Of a DNA stretch of 64,000 nt, positions 32,501 to 40,819 are shown piece by piece. Each line of letters begins with the position of its first letter. Position 1 is the stretch's first letter. A model generated the notes under the pieces. It was not told the DNA's origin and did not search any database. It worked only from the letters and a program-made list of their open reading frames with translations. This DNA is from Salinispira sp. (lineage in GTDB: Bacteria > Spirochaetota > Spirochaetia > DSM-27196 > Salinispiraceae). The stretch lies in contig OZ271918.1 of assembly GCA_965602015.1 (NCBI GenBank), forward strand, positions 2,720,001 through 2,784,000, given 5' to 3'. Made by a program: the position numbers and the translations under genes.

Positions 32501-33502
32501 TCCGGTCTTTTGAACAGAGAACACAGAAGCTGCAGTGCCGTCATTATTAAACTGATATGAACTCTGATAAAAGACATAGTTCCGATACCTCAGGGGCCGA
32601 TTCATAGCGATGCTGCGCCTGATAGCAGGACCGGCGTCGCGAATCTCCACCTGACTCACGAAGGAGCGCGGAATATCCGTGTCGGGAAAGAACTCCGCTT
32701 CAAAGTCAAGCAAGCCGATGGTGAAAGGAAGCGGCTCTTCTGCAGGCCGAAGCGCAAGCTCGAGGGTTGCAGGACGGCCGCCCACCGGGATTGTCAAACC
32801 GGTCCCGATAGCCGATCCCGCCCAAATATCAACTGCATTAGTTCCGCCGCCGGGAGAAATTAGACGTCCGGAAAGCAGGGGAAGGTTAGAGGCTGCGCTG
32901 TCCGCCCAGGGCACCGGGAGGTACATCCCGGGAGCCTCGGCATCAGGACGGGCATTTGCAATGACCTGGTCGATCTCAAGGCGGTATGTTCGGCGGGAAT
33001 CGTCAGCCCCGATTTCCCAGGTATACACAGTGTTTCCCCGATGCGATCCGAGCACAAAGCTTCCCAACACCGCATCCCGATCAGCAATGGGAAGGGCATC
33101 CTCTGGACCCGAAATCCGATACGTCACTTCCCAGCGGTCGCTGTAAAAGATCCTGTCAGCCTGCTGGCCCTCCCAAATACCCAAAACGAAATACTCGGAA
33201 AAGACATCCGAAAAGCCTCCGAACAGCAGAACAACAAGGCCGATGTGGCCGATTATCAAGCCGAACGGCCGTCTGACACCGGGGAACCTTCTGATAATCG
33301 AGAAAAGCATATTGACCAGGAAGAGGGCCAGTATCAGCCCACCGCCGTACCAGGCATAGAATAGCTGCTGCTGAACTTGATAAATGCCAAGACGTATTTG
33401 AAGCAGGGTGCCGGTAAGTACGAGAAAAAATGACGCAACGAGGATAATGAGGGTGAAATTCATGGAACCGATGAAATCAGCTGCCCTACGGGAGAATCGC
33501 AT
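29507..33502 (-). CDS. Fusion of CcsBA (ResB+CcsA) cytochrome c synthase with an FAD/NAD(P)H oxidoreductase and a [2Fe-2S] ferredoxin
   Basis: ResB (GHIG, MNRPLRYRNYVFYQSS), CcsA WWD motif WADQSWGRFWGWDPKE, SVHV, GLHSY. Then RAYSV, FIAAGAGFAPVLSM, YICG, HREAF and C-x4-C-x2-C...C. Confidence 0.85.
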   Translation of the reverse strand: MRFSRRAADFIGSMNFTLIILVASFFLVLTGTLLQIRLGIYQVQQQLFYAWYGGGLILALFLVNMLFSIIRRFPGVRRPFGLIIGHIGLVVLLFGGFSDVFSEYFVLGIWEGQQADRIFYSDRWEVTYRISGPEDALPIADRDAVLGSFVLGSHRGNTVYTWEIGADDSRRTYRLEIDQVIANARPDAEAPGMYLPVPWADSAASNLPLLSGRLISPGGGTNAVDIWAGSAIGTGLTIPVGGRPATLELALRPAEEPLPFTIGLLDFEAEFFPDTDIPRSFVSQVEIRDAGPAIRRSIAMNRPLRYRNYVFYQSSYQFNNDGTAASVFSVQKTGGALLPYIGTGISFFGFLFHYFSRGERRRGEKKRRAKLSGAKQNPSAATVMPAAGAERRSASAVMPGGGVDHQTAAAVLPDRIKPVMKSALILLMFCACIALFVLIGGATGAMTEDLAVYSGGRLMPAESFGGILLYELSGRRRAAGYDGAAFIEALLFSPLDALRADVIKVNHPDLFTLIGLPDRPTGRYSAADFLPAIENIAALAAGLAPGEDPLSDELLLLDARLETVLRLAGSLEFLRIDNPESIEPDFYRGHPLRVMPGGDGLWYHPLDPSLPPSDRDSILQSSGILSPDYISRIITLQADSTDLSSARLRAEGWYRNLRPYRLAGLLFAASALMYIYLASRNRAPAAYTSGSRWLVRAVQSAAPAGVALGVLLSLSGLLLRIFITGRPPVTSLYSSLLLVGFLMPVAGIVLGVRNSRQQAAVLLCASLVLLVSPGFISGGDDLAVVQAVLDSNFWLSVHVLVIITGYALVFLASAIGHVHAVSIIRSPDGPGNAAARYRGLLLSLRLALLFMFVGTMLGGIWADQSWGRFWGWDPKENAALLLIIWLSLLLHARPGEKLSEYALSLSSAASLIVLLFSWFGVNLMATGLHSYGWDPRAGGILALGVGGELLFLGAAWYFRKKSGSSDVPVLYRIDYIERFGDEFLRVGISRSDGSAVIAKPGQCITFRITHRGRSFLRAYSVETCPRDAIVIQRREGGLAWEFFAEDARVGQKLRGGPAHGDFTLGENSISGELFIAAGAGFAPVLSMLHARSLEAVPQKGGRLLVATGDLAYWPFYSGLETIAKRLPRLKIDLFVGAGSPGATAPGYAAPDAAAPSAGSPSTAAPAGGSPVWLSAFEAGRVGVHQRRIDVSDVQDLSGDLSTAYICGGADFVEIMSAGLSAAGSDLAIHREAFTPAHSRSRRPAHRAEMRLLPDNSFVTINPGESVLDGLTKAGRRLRGNCLVGRCGECRCTLVSGRVIMDEPNILDRRSADSGTILSCCSYPNGDIEIEI
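32263..32368. repeat. Degenerate 42-bp in-frame tandem repeat (about 2.5 copies) inside the CcsBA fusion
   Basis: CCGGCA(G/T)CAC recurs at 32263, 32305 and 32347, encoding AATVMP/ASAVMP/AAAVLP. Confidence 0.6.
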
Positions 33503-33583
33503 ACGCTGCTTATTGTGCTTTTAGGGCTTGTGAGGGTCAAGGGATTTCACTACACGTGAGGCCATCCAGTGTTTACCTTATAG

Positions 33584-33695
33584 AGTGCCCGAAAGCTTGT
33601 TGAAAAACAGATTGTTGTCAGTGAATGGGGCAAGAGGAATGCCGTTAACCAGTTTTTCCCTCTCAGGCAACGGCTTCAACAAGCTTTGGGGTACT
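33584..33695. mobile_element. MITE/REPIN-like doublet 1 (inverted ~21-bp ends, ~70-bp spacer)
   Basis: AGTGCCCGAAAGCTTGTTGAA ... TTCAACAAGCTTTGGGGTACT, the same motif as the ends at 37298 and 40737. Confidence 0.75.
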
Positions 33696-33722
33696 GTATG
33701 TCTCGCATAAGGAGTATGTCAC

Positions 33723-34298
33723 ATGAAAAAAATAGTGGTTGTTTTTATATTGCTTGTCTCAAGCGTGAGTCTACTGGCATCAGGAGGCAATGAAGACGCG
33801 AACGATGCGCTCTCTCAGGAGGAATGGCCCGATCAGATCCAGGGCATACCGATCACCAGGTTTGAGGACGATTTCGAGTATCCGATCCAGTATAGCGAAG
33901 AAGAGTGGAGACAGTTTCTCAGTGATTTCGACTACATTATCCTTCGGGAAAAGGGAACGGAACGGGCCTGGCTGAACAAGTACAACGGAAATAAAGAACG
34001 GGGCACCTATTACTCAAAGGCTACCGGCCAGCCGCTCTTTAGCTCAGAGACAAAATATGATTCGGGAACTGGCTGGCCGAGTTTCTGGGAGCCCATCGAT
34101 TCAAATGCAGTACATCTTATTCCCGATTATTCATATGGCATGATCCGTGTAGAAGTTGTCGATAGCTTAAGCGGCTCGCATTTGGGACATGTGTTCCCCG
34201 ATGGACCGGCACCAACAGGGCTTCGCTATTGCATGAATTCTGCTGCAATGATTTTTGTTCCTGAAGGAGAATCGCCCCCACAAGTAGGACTGAGGTAA
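33723..34298 (+). CDS. msrB: Peptide-methionine (R)-S-oxide reductase with signal peptide
   Basis: KGTERA, KYDSGTGWPSF, SHLGHVFPDGP and RYCMNSAA. N-terminal export signal. No Zn-binding CxxC. Confidence 0.92.
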   Translation: MKKIVVVFILLVSSVSLLASGGNEDANDALSQEEWPDQIQGIPITRFEDDFEYPIQYSEEEWRQFLSDFDYIILREKGTERAWLNKYNGNKERGTYYSKATGQPLFSSETKYDSGTGWPSFWEPIDSNAVHLIPDYSYGMIRVEVVDSLSGSHLGHVFPDGPAPTGLRYCMNSAAMIFVPEGESPPQVGLR

Positions 34299-34354
34299 GG
34301 AATCCCTTGATTTAGCTCCGGCTATGGGCATAGACTCTCAATCAGGAGGAACAC

Positions 34355-35113
34355 ATGCTCATAGCTTTGATTGTTCTTGGGTCCTTAATCGCCCTATTTA
34401 TCATCATCTATTTTATAGAACCCTTTGTTATCGCCCTACTATTTTCGTGGATACTGTCGCTATTCGTGAAAAATCCCCCGTATGTGGATGTGGAAGAAGA
34501 GTTTCCTGAAGGTAAACTGCTCAAAGATAACTGGAAGGTTATCAGGGAAGAGCTTGATGTGGTCTTAAGGAATATTGAGAACATTCCCAAATTCCACGAA
34601 GTTGACAATCTGCAACGCTTTATTTCTGCGAAAGATGATAAAGCATGGAGGACCTTTATTATAAAAGGCTTTAACGAATGGTTGGAGAACAATTGCGAAC
34701 AGGTGCCAAAAACTACTGAACTGATCAAACAGATACCCCGGGTATCCATGGCAATGTTCAGTATTATTGATGGAGGTAAACATATCCCTCCTCATTACGG
34801 CTTTTTCAAATCAGTGTTGCGCTACCACCTGGCAATGATCATCCCCGAGGGCGAATGCTACATACTGGTTGATGGCCAGAAGTACAGTTGGGTTGAGGGA
34901 GATCATGTTCTTTTCGATGATACCTACAAACATGAGGTATGGAACAAAACGGATCAACGACGAGTAGTTCTATTCATCGACGTCCTTCGGGAAAAGGGCT
35001 TGCCAAAATGGATGCAGGCGATCAACCGATGGATGTTTGGGATTCTTCGGAATTCGAAAAAGCTACAAAAAGCAGCAAAAAACGCTGAAGTGGCAAAGGA
35101 CATATCCGCATAG
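34355..35113 (+). CDS. Membrane-anchored Asp/Asn beta-hydroxylase family 2OG-Fe(II) dioxygenase (LpxO-like lipid hydroxylase?)
   Basis: FSII..GKHIPPHYG, LRYHL, W.EG...LFDDTYKHEVWN...RVVLFID and an N-terminal hydrophobic anchor. Confidence 0.85.
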   Translation: MLIALIVLGSLIALFIIIYFIEPFVIALLFSWILSLFVKNPPYVDVEEEFPEGKLLKDNWKVIREELDVVLRNIENIPKFHEVDNLQRFISAKDDKAWRTFIIKGFNEWLENNCEQVPKTTELIKQIPRVSMAMFSIIDGGKHIPPHYGFFKSVLRYHLAMIIPEGECYILVDGQKYSWVEGDHVLFDDTYKHEVWNKTDQRRVVLFIDVLREKGLPKWMQAINRWMFGILRNSKKLQKAAKNAEVAKDISA

Positions 35114-35123
35114 TTATTAACCT

Positions 35124-35223
35124 AGTACCTGGAAGCTTGTTAATACGTACGATTAGCCTACTGAGCACGAGTATGATTCGTCGGCTGGTCCCTTTTTCTT
35201 TTTTCAACAAGCTTTCAGGCACT
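35124..35223. mobile_element. MITE/REPIN-like doublet 2
   Basis: AGTACCTGGAAGCTTGTTAA ... TTCAACAAGCTTTCAGGCACT between two convergent genes. Confidence 0.72.
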
Positions 35224-35230
35224 CGAATCA

Positions 35231-35995
35231 TTAGCTTCGATATAGCAACGCATTCGCCGGGCAAATATCAACTTGAATGTCCGCCGGTATTTTATTTTCG
35301 AGAGCCACACTCCATAGAAGGTGATCACCATAACCGTCGCTTGTACCGTTGACCCGATGGCCGTCGTGTTCAAGCCATGGGACGCTGCAGCTATCCGCCA
35401 GGTATCCATGGCTTCCGATGCTCAAACCGAGAGCTTTAACTGCTGCCTCTTTCACCGTCCAAATTGATAAAAACTTCTTCTTGTCCAAAGTGTCAGATTC
35501 GACAATCAACTTTTCGCTTGGGTTAAAATAATACTTCATCACTGCACGGATACTCGAGGGTAGCAATGAGCGTCTCGTGTCCTCGAGATCGACCCCGATA
35601 TGACACTCCGCACTCAGGCCGATAAGCAAAGCATCCGAGCGTGTGCTCATGTTGAAAAACTCGAACTTTTGTCCGTTCATCCTTCGAAGTCGTGGCTTAC
35701 CCAGAGGACCGTTCTCAATTTCATCTCCTATATCTAATGGTTCCATGCCCTGAGAACTAAACCAGCTATCCAGTCCGCTATACAGACATATCCTACGCCG
35801 TAAATAATCCTTAGCATCATCGGTTCTGACATAAGCCTTTGTCGCATCAAAATCAACCGGACGCGGCATGATTACCGGTGATAGGTTTGAAGCGTTCCAA
35901 GGATCAGGAATTAGCTCTGGAATATCAGTGAATAATAAAAGGGCGGGATCTTGAGGACTTTCACTTTGAATAAAAACATCTTCCCTGGCGGACAT
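35231..35995 (-). CDS. Sfp-type 4'-phosphopantetheinyl transferase
   Basis: GKPRL, FNMS, IGVDLE and WTVKEAAVKALG. Confidence 0.85.
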   Translation of the reverse strand: MSAREDVFIQSESPQDPALLLFTDIPELIPDPWNASNLSPVIMPRPVDFDATKAYVRTDDAKDYLRRRICLYSGLDSWFSSQGMEPLDIGDEIENGPLGKPRLRRMNGQKFEFFNMSTRSDALLIGLSAECHIGVDLEDTRRSLLPSSIRAVMKYYFNPSEKLIVESDTLDKKKFLSIWTVKEAAVKALGLSIGSHGYLADSCSVPWLEHDGHRVNGTSDGYGDHLLWSVALENKIPADIQVDICPANALLYRS

Positions 35996-36050
35996 AGGTC
36001 ATGTATAGTACTCTATCCGAATCCGAAGTGAAATAGATCTGGAGGCACAA

Positions 36051-37295
36051 GTGGCAGAGCAACGCAGAGTCGTGATTACCGGTTTAGGAACCGTAAACCC
36101 CCTGGGAATGAACGTCAGTGAATTCTGGGATAATCTAGTAAAAGGTAAAAGCGGCGCCCGAGTAGCCCAAAATATGAACTTGGACGACTTCCATGTCCAG
36201 ATTGCTGCGGAAATTGATCTGCCCGATGTTCGGGACTTCTTTAAGCAACGAAAAATGGCACGGAGGCTGGACCGACATATTGTTCTCGGACATATCGCAG
36301 GGGTTCAAGCCGTGAAAGATGCCGGCTTTGAAGAGGCTGATAGGCCTGAGCGGATCGGGGTCCTCATCGGTACCGGCGATGCAGGGTTGATCACCCACTT
36401 TGAGCAAATCGGCCGGATTTACAAGACTGGACTTTCATCGGTCAGCCCCTTCTATATCTCAGCAGCGATCCCTAACTCGACAAGCGCCATGATTAGTATG
36501 GAATTTGGTTTCGGCGGTCCCAGCTTCTCGGTCAGCTCGGCTTGTGCGTCAGCAAATCATGCATTTGGTCTCGCAGTAAATATGATACAAAGCGGCATGA
36601 CTGATGTGATGTTCACCGGAGGAACGGAAGCAGTAGCTACAGAGCCCTCAATCGCCGCATTCGGCCAGATCGGCGCCCTATCAACAAGAAATGACGACCC
36701 CCTTACCGCATCGCGTCCATTTGACATCGACCGTGATGGTTTCGTAATGGGAGAAGGCGCAGGCGTGCTATGTCTCGAAGAACTCGAACATGCGAAAAAA
36801 CGCGGGGCAAAAATATACGGAGAAATTGCAGGATACGGATTTACCAGTGACGCCTACGACCTCGTTGCCCCTCATCCGGATGGAGAAGGCGCATCCCGAG
36901 CGATCACCATGGCCCTCGAGGCGGCCAAGGTCAATGCCGATGAATTAGATTTTATAAATACTCACGGGACCAGTACTCCACTGGGCGACAAAGCCGAATG
37001 CATGGCAGTTAATAAGGCCATCGGAGGCGATTTAGCCTCCACCATACCTGTGCATAGCACCAAAAGCATGACGGGCCATTTGATCGGGGCTGCGAGTGCG
37101 GTCGAAGCAATAGCAGGTATTATGTCGTTTGAACAGGGCGTGATACACCATACGATAAATCAATTCACAAAAGACCCTGAGCTCAATTACAACATAATCA
37201 CAGAACCCCTGGAAAAACGAGCGGAGGTGTTTTTATCGAATGCTTTTGGCTTCGGTGGTCAAAACGCATGCGTAGTATTCAAGCGGCAGCTTTAA
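36051..37295 (+). CDS. fabF: 3-oxoacyl-ACP synthase II
   Basis: RRVVITGLG, SACAS (Cys), NTHGTST, KSMTGH and NAFGFGG. Confidence 0.93.
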   Translation: MAEQRRVVITGLGTVNPLGMNVSEFWDNLVKGKSGARVAQNMNLDDFHVQIAAEIDLPDVRDFFKQRKMARRLDRHIVLGHIAGVQAVKDAGFEEADRPERIGVLIGTGDAGLITHFEQIGRIYKTGLSSVSPFYISAAIPNSTSAMISMEFGFGGPSFSVSSACASANHAFGLAVNMIQSGMTDVMFTGGTEAVATEPSIAAFGQIGALSTRNDDPLTASRPFDIDRDGFVMGEGAGVLCLEELEHAKKRGAKIYGEIAGYGFTSDAYDLVAPHPDGEGASRAITMALEAAKVNADELDFINTHGTSTPLGDKAECMAVNKAIGGDLASTIPVHSTKSMTGHLIGAASAVEAIAGIMSFEQGVIHHTINQFTKDPELNYNIITEPLEKRAEVFLSNAFGFGGQNACVVFKRQL

Positions 37296-38358
37296 GGAGT
37301 GCCCCAAAGCTTGTTGAGTTCTTGTTTCAGTCATAAATATACTTTGGGACATAGCGTTTCATTGAAATCCCTGGATTTCTCCATGCCATAAACCAGGTTT
37401 TATTCGCTTGATCATCAAGTTCGATTTTTGATCTAAATACCCGACGCATCATGCCTTTGGATAGATTGTCAAGGATTAACTCCCTATTCGCACCTGCTAT
37501 CTCGGCACGAGTAGTTTGTGTTCCTTTTCGATACTGCCTTACCCGATGAGGGATAATGCAGTTATGAAAAAGCTGGTATACCGTCAATCTGCTCATCATT
37601 GCCGACGGACATCGAGCAAACTGAACCGTCTCGCGCACATGATCAGACAAGTCTTTCCGGAATTGCCGATCACAATAATTCACCGGAAACAAAGGATTTG
37701 AACGAGCTCTAAGCTCTTTTGAAGAGATCCTGGAATGATGCATACATCGAGATAACCCCCTGACCTCATTAAATGCTTCGGGATAGCAGTGGTGTTCATC
37801 TGTATACAATCGCGCTTCGATCTGCTCTTTTTGAGCAATCAGCTTAAGGAGCACATCGAAGAGCATCTTCATTGATCGTTTTGTAGATCTGGAGTCTGCA
37901 ACTGCTGTTTCTTCTAATAATTTCCGCTTCCTTTTCTGTGCTTTTGTCATTTTACCTTTACGTCTGAGTATTGATAATCCAATCGCATATAGATATTCGC
38001 TTTCAGAACCAACCAAGATATTGATATTGTTAGGGAAGAATTGGCTTCGAGAAAAAGATTCAAAGCCATCTGCACAAAAATTCTCCTTCGATTTGAGCAA
38101 GGGTTGAAGAAAACTGAGGATTCCGAGGGCTGAGCGCGATAACCTTTCAATTCGATTTTGAATCACATCAACGCTGACACCCAGCAATCGTGTCAAATCC
38201 CATAGCCCCGAGCAGGTTACCAAGTGATTGTCATCACCGGTGCTAAATTGCAGGAAATCACCGGACTAAAATTGCAGACTCCGGCTTGAAAAAAAGGGCG
38301 ATGCTACCTTGTAATGGTTGTTACCACACAATCATTCAAGTAAGGAGCACGCCCTAAA

Positions 38359-39609
38359 ATGCTGGAGCTACTGATGCATGAAGCACAGATGTTGAAACAA
38401 CAGGGTAAGAGAATCGGTCAGATCGCCGAAGCCCTGGGAAAAAGTGAACGCATGGTTCACTACTACCTTGCAGAGCCTTCAAGGTCTCGAAAGAAGCGGA
38501 ATTACACGAGCAAGCTCGATCCGTTCAAACCCTACATCGACACTATACTCGAGGAAGACCCGTCCTTCAATCGGGAGGTTCTGTTGAGGAACCTGCGAAA
38601 ACAGAAATACGATGGCGGGGTCACAATCCTCAGGGATTATGCTGCCAGGAAGGCTGCAGATATCACAAAACAGGCAGTTATCCGGTTCGAAACCGAACCG
38701 GGCTACCAGGCTCAGGTGGATTGGAAAATCCTGGGAAAACAGCTGGTGGACGGACGGTGGCAGAAACTCTATGCCTTTGTCATGGTATTCGGCTACTCGA
38801 GAATGCCGTTTGTCATTCATACCACGAGCATGGACATGGCCACCTTTCTGATGTGCCACGTATTGGCATTCACATATTTTGGCGGGGTGCCGGAAGAAAT
38901 CCTGTACGACAACATGAAAACCGCCTTTATCTACCAGGCCGCAGAGGAGAAATGGCAGGTCAACAAGCACCTGCTGTCTCTGGCCCGGCACTATGGATTC
39001 ACACCCCGCCGATGCCAGGTCCGCCGGCCTCAGACCAAAGGAAAGGTCGAACGGTTCATCCAGTTCTACGAGAACAACTTCTGGATCGAGCACAAAGCAC
39101 TGCCAGCTGGACTGATTGAGTTAAACGAAGCAGTCATCACCTGGTGCGAGGATATCAGCCACAGAGTCATCGGCGGGCTCAATGAAAGCCGATCAGAACG
39201 CTTTACGCATGAAAAGGCTTTCCTTACCCCCTTACCAACGCAGCCGTTTGATTACCGGAAACCGACCAATGTGCGTGTCTCCGGTGAATCTCTGGTACGG
39301 GTGAGAAACAACTGGTACAGCGTTCACCCGCAATTCATTGGTGCAGAGGTAATTGTACGTATCGATCCGCTCACCGGTGAGGCCGAAGTATCATCAGAGG
39401 ATCAGATCATCCGAACCTTCATGCTTAACCTCGAATTGCGAAATCAACGGTTCTACCTGGCTGAACACTCAGCGGCGCTGACCGAGCTCTGGAAAAGGCA
39501 GTACCGGATACCCAAGAGAAGAAAACGGATAAAGGTTTCTACCGATGTTGATGTCCGCTCACCTGGGGAGTACGACCGCTTGTTTGCACTGCAGGAGGCG
39601 GCCTCATGA
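38359..39609 (+). CDS. istA: IS21 transposase
   Basis: RFETEPGYQAQVDW, LYDNMKT and PQTKGKVER. Confidence 0.95.
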   Translation: MLELLMHEAQMLKQQGKRIGQIAEALGKSERMVHYYLAEPSRSRKKRNYTSKLDPFKPYIDTILEEDPSFNREVLLRNLRKQKYDGGVTILRDYAARKAADITKQAVIRFETEPGYQAQVDWKILGKQLVDGRWQKLYAFVMVFGYSRMPFVIHTTSMDMATFLMCHVLAFTYFGGVPEEILYDNMKTAFIYQAAEEKWQVNKHLLSLARHYGFTPRRCQVRRPQTKGKVERFIQFYENNFWIEHKALPAGLIELNEAVITWCEDISHRVIGGLNESRSERFTHEKAFLTPLPTQPFDYRKPTNVRVSGESLVRVRNNWYSVHPQFIGAEVIVRIDPLTGEAEVSSEDQIIRTFMLNLELRNQRFYLAEHSAALTELWKRQYRIPKRRKRIKVSTDVDVRSPGEYDRLFALQEAAS

Positions 39610-40367
39610 CTAGTAAAAGCACAATGATTACAGCCCGTATGGAAGAGTTGGGTTTGAGCTTCATGGCTGCCGGTCTGGACAGTTTTCTCTCAAGCCAGGT
39701 GAATCAGGATGCGCCTCTGATTGAAGCGATCGGAGAACTCATTGATCTGGAACTGATTCCCCGAAAGGAACGAATGGCCAAAACCCGCTTGAAGGTTTCA
39801 GGAATTCCCCAGGGAAAGAATCTTGAATCCTTTGATCTGTCATGGCCGAAAGGCGGTCTTACACACAAGCAGTTCAACGAACTGTCCACCCTTGCGTTCA
39901 TTGAACGTAAAGAGAATGTCATTCTGCTTGGTCCCAGTGGATTGGGTAAAACGCACCTCATGACAGCGCTTGGACAGAAGGCATGTATGAATGGGTATAC
40001 GGCCTATTTCATCAGCTGTCTTGATTTGCTTGAACGATTACAGCGTTCCCGGGATCAGGGAAGATTGAAAAACAAACTGACCTGGTTTGGCAAACCCCAC
40101 GTTCTGTTGATTGATGAAGTTGGGTATGAAAACCTGAATGCTGAGCAGGCAGCCTTGTTTTTCCAGCTGATCAATACCCGCTATGAGCATGGATCAATCA
40201 TTCTGACCAGCAACAAAGTATTCGGGAAGTGGGGAGAAATCATGACTGATGACGCAGTTGCTACGGCCACTTTGGACCGGCTGCTTCATCACTCCCATGT
40301 GATCAGCCTGAAAGGAGACTCGTATCGGATGAAGGATCGAATGAAAATCGGAGTCGTTGACTTCTAA
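39606..40367 (+). CDS. istB: IS21 helper ATPase
   Basis: GPSGLGKT, LLIDEVGY, LDRLLHH and GDSYR. ATGA overlap with istA. Confidence 0.95.
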   Translation: MTSKSTMITARMEELGLSFMAAGLDSFLSSQVNQDAPLIEAIGELIDLELIPRKERMAKTRLKVSGIPQGKNLESFDLSWPKGGLTHKQFNELSTLAFIERKENVILLGPSGLGKTHLMTALGQKACMNGYTAYFISCLDLLERLQRSRDQGRLKNKLTWFGKPHVLLIDEVGYENLNAEQAALFFQLINTRYEHGSIILTSNKVFGKWGEIMTDDAVATATLDRLLHHSHVISLKGDSYRMKDRMKIGVVDF

Positions 40368-40819
40368 AAAATTTGCCGGAAGTCTGCAATTTAACTCCGG
40401 TGAAAAACTGCAATTTCATTCCGGCGTTGACAGTGATGGAAGATCATCAGATAGTCGACCTTCTTTTTTGCATAATAATCAATATTAAAACTCTTACTGG
40501 AAAAAGTTCGTCCACAACCTTTGCAACGAACACGAGAAATCTTTCCATCAATTTCTGTCCAATATGCGCCATGAGAACTCAACCATGAGCCTGTGCTAGG
40601 AGGTGAGCAAAAGAAGGTACACTTTGGATTCGGGCAGTGTGGCAACTTGCTCATTATCATCTCCTTGGCGCTATCTCATATATTAGAAACACCACCTGGT
40701 TATTGGCTTTGCTTCATTTAACAAGCTTTGGGGTACTCCAATTGATTTACCACTCCGACTGAATTAAGATTTAACTGAACCAGGCAGAAACAACCAAACA
40801 GAAGGAAGCCACCCAGGCC

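Larger units (their letters stand above)
38229..40432 (+). mobile_element. IS21 family insertion sequence (2204 bp) with 5-bp target duplication GTGAT
   Basis: Ends TGTCATCACCGG... and ...CCGGCGTTGACA, repeated subterminal AAATTGCAG boxes, GTGAT at 38224-38228 and 40433-40437, istA-istB pair. Confidence 0.95.
37327..40654 (-). pseudogene. IS1/IS1595-like Zn-ribbon + HTH + DDE-type transposase-like gene interrupted by IS21
   Basis: Removing 38229-40432 and one GTGAT copy joins ...DYLMIFHH to LVTCSGLW... in frame (about 372 aa). Motifs CPNPKC...CKGC, ADGFESF and YTDEH. Confidence 0.8.
37296..40739 (-). mobile_element. IS-like element bounded by GGAGTRCCCCAAAGCTTGTT inverted repeats, with a nested IS21
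   Basis: Left GGAGTGCCCCAAAGCTTGTT at 37296 and right AACAAGCTTTGGGGTACTCC ending 40739 (1 mismatch in 20) enclose a single interrupted gene. Confidence 0.75.

Noticed and set aside
33584..40737. CRISPR array or integron attC interpretation of the recurring 20-bp motif
   Set aside because: Copies alternate in orientation and are separated by genes. There are no cas genes or tyrosine integrase, and I did not see attC-type RYYYAAC/GTTRRRY box organisation.
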